Shown piece by piece: positions 49,827-60,837 of a stretch of DNA of 64,000 nt. The notes below the pieces were generated by a model, which worked only from the letters and a program-made list of their open reading frames with translations, did not search any database and was not told the origin of the DNA. Position numbers and translations under genes: made by a program. This stretch comes from an uncultured delta proteobacterium (GTDB lineage: Bacteria > Desulfobacterota > WTBG01): positions 224,001 to 288,000 of the forward strand of contig CAWCBP010000008.1 of the NCBI GenBank assembly GCA_963793865.1. Direction: 5' to 3'. Position 1 is the stretch's first letter. Each line of letters starts with the position of its first letter.

Positions 49827-51268
49827 ATGCTTGTACGATCGCTCCAAAGCCATAATAAAACAATTTATGCGTCCGCGCTGATGGTCCTTTCGGCGTGCCT
49901 GCTCTTCTCCGATCTGGGCAGCGGTCTGATGCCGCCTATTGATGATTGCTACTTTGCGCAAAAGGCGAAGGAAATGATCCGGACAGGTGACTGGCTTACC
50001 TTGCGGTATGCCGGTGACGTCAGCCTGGACCATGCCCCCCTCTATATCTGGCTTATCGCGGCTGGGTTTAAACTTTTCGGGATCAATGAGTTTGCCGCCC
50101 GTTTTTTTTCTGCCTGTTTCGGGATTGCGACCATCATCGCTGTCTACTACCTGGGCAGGATGCTCTTTGATGAGTGGGTGGGGCTTTTTTCATCCCTGGT
50201 GCTTCTGACCACAGGCACCTTTTTCATGTATGCGCGGCGGGCGATGTTTGACGTGACCTTCACCTTCTGGGTTGTCCTGGCGCTCATCTTTTTTATCAAG
50301 GGACTGAAAAAAAGAGAATACTTCCTGCTCTTCGGCGCGTCCACGGGCATGGCGATTCTTACCAAGAGCGTAATCGGATTCTCCCCGCTGCTCATCGCTT
50401 TCCTGTATCTTGTGCTTGCAAAGGAATACAAGCGGATTGTGGATCCGTTCTTTATCTGCGGATGCCTGTTTGCCGTCTTCATCAGCGCACCCTGGTTTGC
50501 CTATCAATATATCAACCACCGGTTCCATTTTGTCGAGGGGCATATCAAGTGGCTGCTTTTCAAGAGCGCGGTTGAACATGAAAATGCAATCTCTCCCGCG
50601 TGGTATGTGAAACAGCTGCTGGCGGTGTACTGGCCCTGGCTTCCTTTTGCACCTACGCCTTTATCATGGCCATGGTCAGCAATGTCAAACGGTTTGACTC
50701 CCGGACCTTGATTCTATTGTGCTGGACCATAGCCATTGTCGGCGTGATGAGCTGCATGAAGGTGAGAAAAATTCACTATATTATGACCGCATTCCCCCCC
50801 CTGGCGCTGTTCAGCGCCATTGCCTTGAGCAGCTTGCTGAGGCGGGAGCGGATCAGGCATTGCGTTGCGCTGGGCTTTTTAACCATATTATTCATATCAG
50901 CCCTCATGGTTATTGCTACGCCCCTTAAACTGCCCCCCCAATTGCGTGAGGATAACTATTTTGAAAATCTGGTGGATGATACGCACGCAGTTGCCTTGTT
51001 TGCCAGAGACCATTTTCCTCAGGATGAAAAAATTCTCCTCTATCGCGAATGGCTGTGGCGGATCAGAAGCACCTACTTGTTCTATTCTGATCGGGACGTC
51101 TCCGGTTCGATCGATGATGCGCAGCTGTTCATGCGCACACTCAAAGAGGGTGAGGTGAAGTACGGTCTCACTACCAGGGAAAATTTTAGGGAGTTGCTTC
51201 AGCTGGAGCAATTCCGGCCGGAGATACTGAAAGAAACAGAGTCACTGATTCTCTTCACCACCACCTGA
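49827..51268 (+). CDS. ArnT/GT83-like GT-C glycosyltransferase (frameshift near 50648)
   Basis: DDCYFAQKAKEMIRTGDW, DHAPLY.W, NEFAARF, MFD, LTKS, PWF, PWLP. Confidence 0.87.
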
Positions 51269-51317
51269 GCCGCCGAGATTCACCTTCACTGTCGGCAGGA
51301 TAAGAGCGATTTTCAGC

Positions 51318-53039
51318 ATGAACACGTATCTTTCACCCCGAACAGCTATGGTTGCCATCGTCCTGTTCTACGGTGTCTTTTCTCTTTTCAACTACTGCAT
51401 GATTGAGGAGGACGCCTTTATTTTTTTTAGATTTGTTGAGAATATAGTTAATGGGAACGGTCATGTCTTTAACCGGCCGGATGGCAGAATCGAAGCGTGC
51501 AGCTCATTGCCCTGGCTGTATCTTCTGGTTCTTTTTCGTGCGTTCGGTTGTGATCTTCCCACCGTCTCAAAAATGCTGGGTATTTGCTTTGGCGGTGTCT
51601 CTCTTCTGTTAACGTACCGGATAAGCAGAGCCCTTGCCTCCACGGTCACCTGGGCTATCATACCCCCGCTGCTCACCTCCCTCAGCGTGCCGTATCTTTT
51701 CTGGAATCAGATGGGAATGGAAACGGCGCTCTACACCGCAATCTTTCTTCTCTTCGTTCTCGTCTGTCTTGACACCTCCCGGTTTTTCTGGTGGCCCGTG
51801 TGCGCGGTGCTGCTGGTTGTGACACGGCCGGAAGGAATGTTTATTGCGGCAGGGATGATTCCCGCATTCCTGTTTGCCGGAGGATGGACCAAAGAGATGC
51901 GCCGTTCAGTTGCGTTATTTGTAACTGCAGTCATCATGCTGTTCGCGGCACGATTCCTTTACTTCCATGATTTTTTTCCCAGCGCTTTCTATCATAAGGT
52001 TTCCCCCGGCCAGGCCGGGGAGGGACTGTATTACGTCCACATGTTTTTCAGGGATCATTTTGTCTACGCCCTTTGCGTCCCGGTGGCCTGTGTTATGGGC
52101 TGGAGGTGGAACTGGGAAAGAAAAAGGCTGATCGTATTCTCTTTTATTGTTGTTTATCTGACCTGGGTGGTGCTTGCCGGCAAAGAGTTCGGCAAGCCCT
52201 TTTACCGTCCGCTGGTGCCGGTCATTCCGGTTATCTATATCTATGCCGTCACCGCGCTTGAAAAGATACTCGCCGGAGGGAGGGCGCGATGGAAGTTTCT
52301 TGCCTATGGTTATATTGTGCTTTTTGCCATAGCCGCCCTGCTGCTCTCAAGGAATTACTGGCAACTTCATTTGCGCATTCCAAATCCGGTATGGGAAAAC
52401 ATTAAATACGTGTATGCCAATCCCAGTGTTGCCGCAGTATACCGGGCGCGGATTGCTGAACCGCTCAGGAGCAGGCAGGTGCTGATAGGGGATTTTATCA
52501 GGAGAAATTATGCGCCGGGATCAACACTCGTGTATGATCAGATGGGCGCGGTTCCCTACCGGGCAGGCATTGAATATAATTTTATTGATACCTTGGGATT
52601 GACCGATAAGACCGTAGGGTATTACTATTTTCATCAGAGAATCAGCGGCAGCATGTGGTTGGGATACTATGAAGGAGTTTTGCGCCGGTGCGTCAGGGCC
52701 TTTTCCCCCGCCGCAAAATTTTGCGATACCAAAGTTGACGTGCTTGATTATCTGTTCACAAAGCGCCCCGACCTTATCCTGGTCTGGGAGTATCTACTCT
52801 CTTTTGAGCACAATCTGGCCTATGCGCTGATGAGTGATAAGCGGTTTCTGGATAACTATGACCTGTCTTATTTCATCAGCGGCACATTCTTTTTGAGAAA
52901 AAAGGACTGGTCCGGAAATCCCCGGACATTCCCCCGGGGCTCTCCGTGGTGCCTGCTGAGGAGATACCCGGTGTGTTACCAAAAGATCACCCGCTGTTTC
53001 AATTCACCGCTCTGCAACTCCATCGCAGCGTCGAAGTGA
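51318..53039 (+). CDS. GT-C fold glycosyltransferase (EDAFIFFR type); likely frameshift near 52890
   Basis: EEDAFIFFRFVENIVNGNG..FN, GMET, TRPEG, RPLVP, MGAVPY, IDTLGLTD. Confidence 0.82.
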   Translation: MNTYLSPRTAMVAIVLFYGVFSLFNYCMIEEDAFIFFRFVENIVNGNGHVFNRPDGRIEACSSLPWLYLLVLFRAFGCDLPTVSKMLGICFGGVSLLLTYRISRALASTVTWAIIPPLLTSLSVPYLFWNQMGMETALYTAIFLLFVLVCLDTSRFFWWPVCAVLLVVTRPEGMFIAAGMIPAFLFAGGWTKEMRRSVALFVTAVIMLFAARFLYFHDFFPSAFYHKVSPGQAGEGLYYVHMFFRDHFVYALCVPVACVMGWRWNWERKRLIVFSFIVVYLTWVVLAGKEFGKPFYRPLVPVIPVIYIYAVTALEKILAGGRARWKFLAYGYIVLFAIAALLLSRNYWQLHLRIPNPVWENIKYVYANPSVAAVYRARIAEPLRSRQVLIGDFIRRNYAPGSTLVYDQMGAVPYRAGIEYNFIDTLGLTDKTVGYYYFHQRISGSMWLGYYEGVLRRCVRAFSPAAKFCDTKVDVLDYLFTKRPDLILVWEYLLSFEHNLAYALMSDKRFLDNYDLSYFISGTFFLRKKDWSGNPRTFPRGSPWCLLRRYPVCYQKITRCFNSPLCNSIAASK

Positions 53040-53202
53040 CACCCCCGGAGAAAAAGTGATTCCCGGGTTGCAGGCCATGCCAATTACGCTTGCGCCGGGG
53101 AGGTTGATGCACTATAGTACGGTAACGTGCGGTTGATGTATCTTCAGGTAAAGATGAAGCATTGGAATACAGCGGAACCGCTTGCGGAGCAGTCGTACAT
53201 TT

Positions 53203-54981
53203 ATGATTGCCGGATTAAAAAAATGGATACAGGTGCTTGACCGCGTCGGCGGACCGACGATGAGCGCCTGTGCATTCGCCGGTGCGAGTGTGGGGGTCGC
53301 GGTTTCATTGTATTCCCTGTGCGCTGCGGCCTACGCATATTTCACCCGCACCCACCCCCTCAACTGGATGGCGTTACCGTTTGATTTCTTGAAGTCAAAA
53401 GAATGGATGCTGGTGATCGGAATGCTCTCCTCGTCCCTCCTCACCATAATCACCTTTTCTGCTATAGGAGGTTTGATAGGGCTCGGGCTGCATTTCATTT
53501 TCAGCCGGGGTAAGGCATCGTTCGCCATCCAACCGGCGTTTGCACGCAGCAAAAAGATTGAGGCCGTGGCAGCAGCTGCATGCGCATATTCCCTGATTGT
53601 GTGCTGCGGGGTGTACATTCTTTTTGGGTTGCTCTTGCTGCTCGCCTCTCCGGGGGGTGAAAAACGAGCTGGCGGCAGCCGGGAAGCACCGAATGTTATC
53701 CTGATTACCATCGATGCCTTGAGACCGGACCACCTCTCATGCTACGGTTATCCGCTGCCCACCAGCCCTCACATTGATGCGCTTGCCGCGGAATCAAGCT
53801 TGTTTGCCAATGCCATTTCCGTTTCTCCCTTCACCCTCGGCGCGGTTCCCTGTATGATGACCTCCCTGTACCCGGGACAGATCGGAATGGGTGAGAAAGA
53901 AATCCTGGCGCTGGCGCACCGCAATACCACCCTTGCGGAACTGTTGCAGCAAGATGGATATGAAACCGCTGCGTTCGTGGGAAACTACTTTCTTCGGAAG
54001 GAATTTAACATATGGCAGGGATTTTACATCTACGATGACGCCTTTTCCTCCCGGGAATTACAGCGGGGGTTTCCGGAAGAGGCGGCCGGGCAGCTTACCG
54101 AAAAGGCGATGGACTGGCTGAGAAGTGTTCATGGCACAAAATTCTTTCTCTGGCTTCATTATCAGGACCCGCATGGCCCCTATACGCCGCCTTCCCCCTT
54201 TAACAGTGCATTCAAGAGAAATCAGTACTCCCCCCGCAGTCCCGTTCCGCTGCTGGAAGACAATTCCGGATACGGCGGAATTCCACGGTATCAGGTCATC
54301 AATGGAGAGCGGGATCCGAACTATTACCTTTCCCAGTATGATGGGGAAATAAGCTACACCGACCACCATATTGGTTTGCTGCTGGCAGAGCTGAAAAGAC
54401 TGGGCGAATATGACACCACCGCGATCATCATCACCGCTGACCATGGTGAAGCCATGGCCGGTGAGGGAGGCTATTACTTTTGCCATGGGGAAACGGTGAG
54501 GGACGAGATCATAAAAATCCCGCTGGTGATAAAACTCCCCGGCGTGAAAGAGGGGAAACGCGTCTCCACCCAGGTTTCATCTTTGGACATTGCGCCCACC
54601 ATCCTGGAGGAGGCGCATATCGCGCTGACTGATGCAATCATGGGCGAGTCACTGATGGGGCTGATGCAGGGGGGGCACTACAACCGGACGTACGCCTACA
54701 GCCACAAGGCATCAATGGATCGCCCGAGCAGGGCCATACGAACCAATGAACACAAGCTGGTGATGAGCGGCGACACCCTGGGTCTCTATGACCTGACCGC
54801 CGACCCCGCGGAACGGGAGAACATCTATGACCGGGAGGACATGCGGGCGGTTGCAAAACTGTTCAAGCAGGCATTGGACGATCACGTGCAGAAGCTGAAG
54901 GCAAGCTCACCGCTTTACAAGCATACGGTGGTAGACGAGAGGACCAAGACCATGCTCAAGGCGCTGGGCTACGTTGACTAG
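53203..54981 (+). CDS. Membrane-anchored sulfatase-like alkaline-phosphatase-superfamily protein
   Basis: About three N-terminal TMs; PNVILITIDALRPD, FTLGA (Thr), HYQDPHGPY, YDGEI, TADHGE, LKALGY. Confidence 0.87.
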   Translation: MIAGLKKWIQVLDRVGGPTMSACAFAGASVGVAVSLYSLCAAAYAYFTRTHPLNWMALPFDFLKSKEWMLVIGMLSSSLLTIITFSAIGGLIGLGLHFIFSRGKASFAIQPAFARSKKIEAVAAAACAYSLIVCCGVYILFGLLLLLASPGGEKRAGGSREAPNVILITIDALRPDHLSCYGYPLPTSPHIDALAAESSLFANAISVSPFTLGAVPCMMTSLYPGQIGMGEKEILALAHRNTTLAELLQQDGYETAAFVGNYFLRKEFNIWQGFYIYDDAFSSRELQRGFPEEAAGQLTEKAMDWLRSVHGTKFFLWLHYQDPHGPYTPPSPFNSAFKRNQYSPRSPVPLLEDNSGYGGIPRYQVINGERDPNYYLSQYDGEISYTDHHIGLLLAELKRLGEYDTTAIIITADHGEAMAGEGGYYFCHGETVRDEIIKIPLVIKLPGVKEGKRVSTQVSSLDIAPTILEEAHIALTDAIMGESLMGLMQGGHYNRTYAYSHKASMDRPSRAIRTNEHKLVMSGDTLGLYDLTADPAERENIYDREDMRAVAKLFKQALDDHVQKLKASSPLYKHTVVDERTKTMLKALGYVD

Positions 54982-55002
54982 GTTGCCGGAGCATCGCTCC
55001 CG

Positions 55003-56409
55003 TCAGAGATAACCGAGGCTCTTAAGTGCCTCCCGGGTTTGCCCATCGATCTTTTGCCGGGGCCCGGCTGAGGTAGGCTTGGGCAGAGAAGCAAGCAGTT
55101 TCTCCATGGATGATCCCATGGCCTGAGCCTTCTTCCGATCCCTCTCAATGAGGTTGACCGTTTCACCGGGATCATCCTTCAGATTAAATAACAGGTTCTT
55201 GCCCATACTGTTCCAGAGAAATTTGAAGTTTCCCGTATAGAGTGCCCGCCAGTCGCCCTGATATTTATCATGGAAGGGAAGCGGGTAGGCTTCCGCGAAT
55301 ATAGGATGATCGATCCGCGATGGCACGTTGCCCTGAATATCCGGGGGAAGAGGTATATCCAGACGGTCGAGTATCATGGGAAGGATGTCGATGAGCTGGA
55401 CAACACGGTCGTCCCGCCGTGCCCTGGCCTCGCCGGCGGGATACTTTACAATCAGCGGTATCTGCAGCTCCTCCTGATACAGTGTGTTTCCATGTCCCAT
55501 CAGCCCGTGCTCGCCGAAGAGCTCCCCATGGTCAGACGTCACGATGATCCATGACGTATCGTAAAAGCCGAGGGCTTTCAGATCGTTAAACAGATGGCCA
55601 ATGTAATCATCCATGTAGCGGATTTCCCCGTCGTACAGCGCTTTCATATTCTCATAGGAAGAATGAGACTGAGAGGGGCGGCCGTCTTCCGGAAGAGAGG
55701 CATGAAAATAATTCCCGGGAGGATTGTAGGGGAAATGGGGATCAAAATAGTTGAGAAAAAGAAAGAAGGGACGGGTGCTCATTCGCTTCAGCATGGAGCG
55801 CGCCTGGGATGTGACCTGCCGGGCTCTTTTTCCGTTCAGGACAGTAATCCCGTAGTCGTAATAGATGTCAAATCCTTTATTGAGGCCAAAGATGCGCTTG
55901 AGCCAGGGGCCGCTTACCACGGCGCAGGTGGCATAACCCGCAGCTTTTAAAATCTGGGCGAGGGTGTGCTCCTGGCTGCTGATGCTGCGGGCCCGGTGCC
56001 GATTATAGTCTTGATTGTCGGGATCGAGGGCGATGCCAAGGTTGAACGCTCCCTCCGGGTCGTGGCGGGCGCCATGGCTGTAGGTGAACTTTCCGGTAAA
56101 AAGCGATGCGTGGGAGGAAAGGGTCCAGCTCGACGGTGCCAGCGCCCGGGTGTAAAGCACCGATTCCTTCGCGAATTCGTCCAGGCAGGGGCTGGTGTCC
56201 CGCGTATACCCGTAGCAACCGAGACTGTCGGCGCGGGTTGTGTCAAGGGTGATAAGGATTATATTGACCCTCTTATCCCGTACCGGCTTGTGGCAGCCGC
56301 TCAAGGGCAGCATGGACAATCCTCCCGCTATGGCGCCTCCGCAGACGCCCTTTAAAAAGGTCCGGCGGCTTATAGGTTCCGGTAGGTAAGCGGTGAACAT
56401 GTTCACCAT
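55003..56409 (-). CDS. Tat-exported sulfatase-like lipoprotein
   Basis: SRRTFLK Tat motif, LSGC lipobox; LDTTRAD, WTLSSHAS, DPHFPY, YDGEI, TSDHGE, LKSLGY. Confidence 0.87.
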   Translation of the reverse strand: MVNMFTAYLPEPISRRTFLKGVCGGAIAGGLSMLPLSGCHKPVRDKRVNIILITLDTTRADSLGCYGYTRDTSPCLDEFAKESVLYTRALAPSSWTLSSHASLFTGKFTYSHGARHDPEGAFNLGIALDPDNQDYNRHRARSISSQEHTLAQILKAAGYATCAVVSGPWLKRIFGLNKGFDIYYDYGITVLNGKRARQVTSQARSMLKRMSTRPFFLFLNYFDPHFPYNPPGNYFHASLPEDGRPSQSHSSYENMKALYDGEIRYMDDYIGHLFNDLKALGFYDTSWIIVTSDHGELFGEHGLMGHGNTLYQEELQIPLIVKYPAGEARARRDDRVVQLIDILPMILDRLDIPLPPDIQGNVPSRIDHPIFAEAYPLPFHDKYQGDWRALYTGNFKFLWNSMGKNLLFNLKDDPGETVNLIERDRKKAQAMGSSMEKLLASLPKPTSAGPRQKIDGQTREALKSLGYL

Positions 56410-56552
56410 TCCTTCATACAGCTGAGACCGTGTCCGCGGCTAATTTTTGCAGCCCCGCCTGCATAAAAAGGGCGGTGACGCAGCGCGAGGAACCCGGGCG
56501 ATACAGCCATTCCGCATCGCCAAACAAACGCCCCCCTAAAGCAGCTTCCTTA

Positions 56553-57718
56553 TCACATATCTGCAGGCGACAACCCTTTTAAGACCATAAGCAGCAACAC
56601 ATATTGCTGCGAGAAAGTCGGGAACGAATATCGTACCGGCATCCTGAAAAGTATGATGTCGTATTTTACCATAAATGCGTTGTGCAGCAAATAGAGTTCA
56701 TAGGATGCGCATCCGAGCAGGGATAACAACCGGTACCGGATGTTAAAAGACGTAAAGCACACAAACATGCATATGGCAAACAGGGCAAGGCAGAGACGGG
56801 ATATGTTAATGATCAGTGATGACGAGAGGATACCGTAAACCGAGTGATCTATCGTGGTTTTCGCGGTGAAGAAGAACACCGAGAAGAAACATAGGGCAAG
56901 ATATAATCCATTCCATTGAAATCTTTCGGGGGTCGGGAATATCTTCCGGAGCTTTTCAACATACACCCCCGCCAGGAAACCAGCGGGAAAAGGAAGAATG
57001 AAAAGATGCCACGGGTTCCAGCCCCCCGGGCCGGCAGGATATGGGTAAAACCGATGCGCGGGTCATAGGGCGTAATGATTTCAAAAAAATAGTTGAGGTA
57101 GCATACGATGATGGGGACGACAGTCAAAACCAGCAACTGGATGGCAAGCTTTTTAAAGCGCGTGGCCAAATAAAAGAGGAAGTAAAAAAAGAGAATAAGC
57201 GTGATAAACCATCTCGCGTAGTCAAGCAGTTGGAGCTTTAAATGAAAATTGATTCCGAGTGCGGTAAGGGTTATCAGTTTTAGAGGATATGTTTCTGAAA
57301 GCAGGAAATAATCGAGCAGGAGGAAAAGGAGGGTTGTGATCCAGTATGGCATGAAAACCCGGTTAACCCTTCGTTTGATGAACTGAGCAAGGGTGTGGTT
57401 CTTTAATTGCTGGGAGCGCATGAGGCCGAAGCCGGAGAGGAAAAGAAACAGATAGACGCCGCAGTTGTTGATCCAGAGTGGGATGTAGGCATTCGTCACC
57501 AGGACATTGCTGTTGAGATGGCCGATCATGATGAGCAGGATGGCAATGCCTCTGAGCTGCTGGGTTTGGCTTAAATCAAGGAACTCCTGCTTTTGGGGGC
57601 TTCTGGCAATTGAGAGGAATAGTGCTGCGAGGATAATGCAGTAGATGAAAAGAACGGTTGCCTTGGGGTCTGCCAGCGGTATGCGGTTTGCTATATGGGT
57701 TACAAAAAATTCCATCAT
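56553..57718 (-). CDS. Acyltransferase_3 (OafA-like) membrane O-acyltransferase, frameshifted
   Basis: LRGIAILLIMIGH, GVYLFLFLSGFGL, RRVNRV, WFI, LGCASYELYLLH. Confidence 0.85.
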
Positions 57719-57994
57719 TCAGCGAATGGGCTTACACTGCCCCCGATTGGTGCACGGAGAGGGCCACCGGCGCATGCATCTGCGGCCCGAAGAGGGGGAA
57801 TTACAGGCATCCTATCATCTCTCTCATTGTTTACGGCGTTCATCCGCAAAAGTCAAGCAATACATTTTGCGCAATCTTTGCTTGAGTTTCATGCCGATGG
57901 CTAGTATACTGATAGCCGTACACATGAGACGGGCTCCGGCGGAAAAGCTCCCGGGCGCCGGGTAATCATCATAGCGGGTATGGTCAGGAAGGGT

Positions 57995-58795
57995 ATGGAA
58001 CAGGTCAGGAAAGGCACGGTTGTTCTCCTCTGCGGCGGGCTGGGCACGCGCATCAGGGAGGAAACGGAGTTCAAGCCCAAGCCGATGGTGGAAATCGGTC
58101 AGAAGCCCATCCTCTGGCACATCATGAAAATATATGCCCACTACGGATTCAACGATTTCATCCTCTGCCTGGGCTACAAGGGGGAGATGATCAAGGAGTA
58201 TTTTCTCAACTATGAGATTATGCACAGCGATTTTACCGTCGAGCTGGGAAGCAACCGCAAGAACATTACCATTCATGATTCCCGCGTGAAAGACCAGTGG
58301 CGGGTGACGCTGGCCGATACCGGCCACCACGCCATGACCGGTGCCCGGTTAAAAAAAATCGAACCCTATATTGAGACGGATAATTTTTTAATGACCTACG
58401 GAGACGGCGTCGCCAACCTTGATGTGAACCGGCTGTGGAACTTCCATCTTTCCCACGGCAAAACCGCGACCATCACCGGGGTCAGGCCGCCTTCCCGGTT
58501 TGGTGAGCTGGTCACCCGGGGCGATGAGGTAACAGAATTCAGCGAGAAACCGCAGATACGGGAGGGGTATATCAATGGTGGGTTTTTCGTGTTGCGGCGG
58601 AACATATTTGATTACCTGAGCGATGATGAAAACTGCACCTTTGAAAGGGAGCCGCTGGAGCGGGTGGCCTCGGATGGCGAACTTAAGGTCTTTTTCCACA
58701 ACGATTACTGGCAGTGCATGGATACCGTAAGAGATCTGGACATGCTTGAGAAGGAATGGCAAAAGGAACATCCATCCTGGAAAGTGTGGGAGTAA
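57995..58795 (+). CDS. rfbF: Glucose-1-phosphate cytidylyltransferase
   Basis: [44 protein letters not shown]. Confidence 0.95.
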   Translation: MEQVRKGTVVLLCGGLGTRIREETEFKPKPMVEIGQKPILWHIMKIYAHYGFNDFILCLGYKGEMIKEYFLNYEIMHSDFTVELGSNRKNITIHDSRVKDQWRVTLADTGHHAMTGARLKKIEPYIETDNFLMTYGDGVANLDVNRLWNFHLSHGKTATITGVRPPSRFGELVTRGDEVTEFSEKPQIREGYINGGFFVLRRNIFDYLSDDENCTFEREPLERVASDGELKVFFHNDYWQCMDTVRDLDMLEKEWQKEHPSWKVWE

Positions 58796-58796
58796 C

Positions 58797-59777
58797 ATGT
58801 CGGATTTTTGGAAATCAAGAGATGTGTTTGTGACCGGGTGCTCGGGATTTCTGGGGTACTGGCTTACCGAGCGTCTCTTACAGGAGGGTGCCGCGGTAGT
58901 AGGCTTGGTGAGGGATTCAGTGCCCCAGTCCAGTTTTTTCCATTTCCGGCTGGATGAGCGGATAACCGTGGTGAGGGGCGAAGTCGAAAATTATCCCCTG
59001 CTGGAGCGAATCCTCAATGAGTATGAGATTGACACGGTGTTCCATCTCGCCGCCCAGCCCATTGTGGGTACGGCTAACCGCGGATCCCTGTCCACCTTTG
59101 AAACCAACATCAAGGGCACCTGGAATCTTCTGGAAGCGTGCCGGAGAACACAGCCGCTGGTGAAGCGGATCATTGTCGCCTCCAGTGATAAGGCCTATGG
59201 AACACAGGAACATCTTCCCTATACCGAGCAATCGCCTCTCCGGGGGGCGCATCCCTATGACGTGTCAAAAACCTGCGCCGACCTCATTGCCTCCAGCTTT
59301 TTTGCCACCTACCGGCTGCCCCTGGCGATTACCCGCTGCGGCAATTTCTACGCGGGCGGCGACCTCAATTTTAATCGGATTGTCCCCGGCACCATCAGGT
59401 CGGTTCTGCAGGGTCAGCCGGTCATTATCCGCAGCGACGGGACTCCCCGCCGGGATTATATTTATATTAAGGACGTTGTTTCCGCGTACACGGTCCTGGC
59501 TGAGCGGCTTGAAGAGCTTGCCCTGGCCGGCGAGGCCTTCAATTTCAGCGGAGGGCAGCCCCTGAGCGTGATGGAAATGACCAGCAGGATACTGGCGCTC
59601 ATGGACAAGAAGGACCATCCGGTGGAAGTGCTGAATCAATCGCGGGGAGAGATCAAGGACCAATACCTGTCCATCGAGAAGGCACGCACGAGTCTGGGCT
59701 GGCACCCCCGCTACAGCCTTGAAGACGGCCTCAAGGAAACCATAGCCTGGTACAAAACCTTTTTTGATGTAAAATGA
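58797..59777 (+). CDS. CDP-glucose 4,6-dehydratase-like SDR
   Basis: [41 protein letters not shown]; directly follows rfbF. Confidence 0.82.
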   Translation: MSDFWKSRDVFVTGCSGFLGYWLTERLLQEGAAVVGLVRDSVPQSSFFHFRLDERITVVRGEVENYPLLERILNEYEIDTVFHLAAQPIVGTANRGSLSTFETNIKGTWNLLEACRRTQPLVKRIIVASSDKAYGTQEHLPYTEQSPLRGAHPYDVSKTCADLIASSFFATYRLPLAITRCGNFYAGGDLNFNRIVPGTIRSVLQGQPVIIRSDGTPRRDYIYIKDVVSAYTVLAERLEELALAGEAFNFSGGQPLSVMEMTSRILALMDKKDHPVEVLNQSRGEIKDQYLSIEKARTSLGWHPRYSLEDGLKETIAWYKTFFDVK

Positions 59778-60739
59778 ACTGGAACGGCAAGAGGGTTTTG
59801 GTCACCGGGGCCGAAGGCTTTATCGGCTCCCATTTGGTTAAGAGGCTGCTGAAAGAAGGGGCCTCGGTTCAGGCGCTGGTCAAAAAAGGGAGTTCATTGT
59901 GGAGGATACAGGACAGTATTGACCGGATGCTCATTGTAGAATCTGACATTACTGACCCCGATGCTCTCAAATCCGTCATACCCCCTTCCAACCCCCAGAT
60001 AGTATTTCATCTCGCTGCCCTGGTCGATGTTTCGCGTTCATGGGAGCTGATTGCTCCTCTCGCCCGAACAAATATCATGGGAACAGTTAATCTGCTGTCA
60101 GCGGTCAGGGAAGCCCCCCTTGAAATCTTTGTTCATACGGGTTCCTCCGAAGAGTATGGAGATGCGCATTCCCCTATCGCTGAAACCTGCAGGGAATCGC
60201 CCATTTCCCCCTATTCCTTCAGCAAGGTAGCAGGCACCCATTTGTGCCAGATGGCAGCGAGAACCTTTGATCTTCCGGTCACCATTGTACGCCTCTTTCC
60301 CACCTACGGACCGTTTCAGGACGGCTCCATGTTTATTCCTTCCGCCATCCGGGATCTCCTGTTGCGAAAGGAATTTAAAATGAGCCCGGGTGAACAGATA
60401 ACGGGAATTCACCTACGTGGATGATGTGGTTGAGGCCTACCTTGCGGTCGCTCGTTGTCCCGATGCCCGGGGAGAACTGCTTAATGTGGGAAGCGGTGCA
60501 TGCCTATAAGATAAAGGATGTAATAGAGATAATGCGCAGGTTAGTAGGCGGGAATACGACCGTTGAAGTGGGGGCCCTCCCTATACCGGAAGGGGGAAGG
60601 CAGCGAGATTTTTTGTGACAACCGCATGATGCAGGAGCTCACTGGCTGGTCTCCGGCCGTTTCACTGGAGGAAGGACTGCGCTTAACCGTGGAGTGGTAT
60701 AAAACCTACTATTCGTCAGGGTCACATCTTACCGATTAA
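59774..60739 (+). CDS. NDP-sugar reductase/epimerase (RfbJ-like SDR), frameshifted after about 60400
   Basis: [26 protein letters not shown]; last frame [19 protein letters not shown] ending at TAA 60739. Confidence 0.82.
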
Positions 60740-60837
60740 CCCTCGCATGCTGCCGTATGCAATAGTTAAGTTAAATCTGACCCCAGGGACCATCCCGTAA
60801 TATTTTTTAAAAGAATATTTTTCAGGGATGCATAGTC

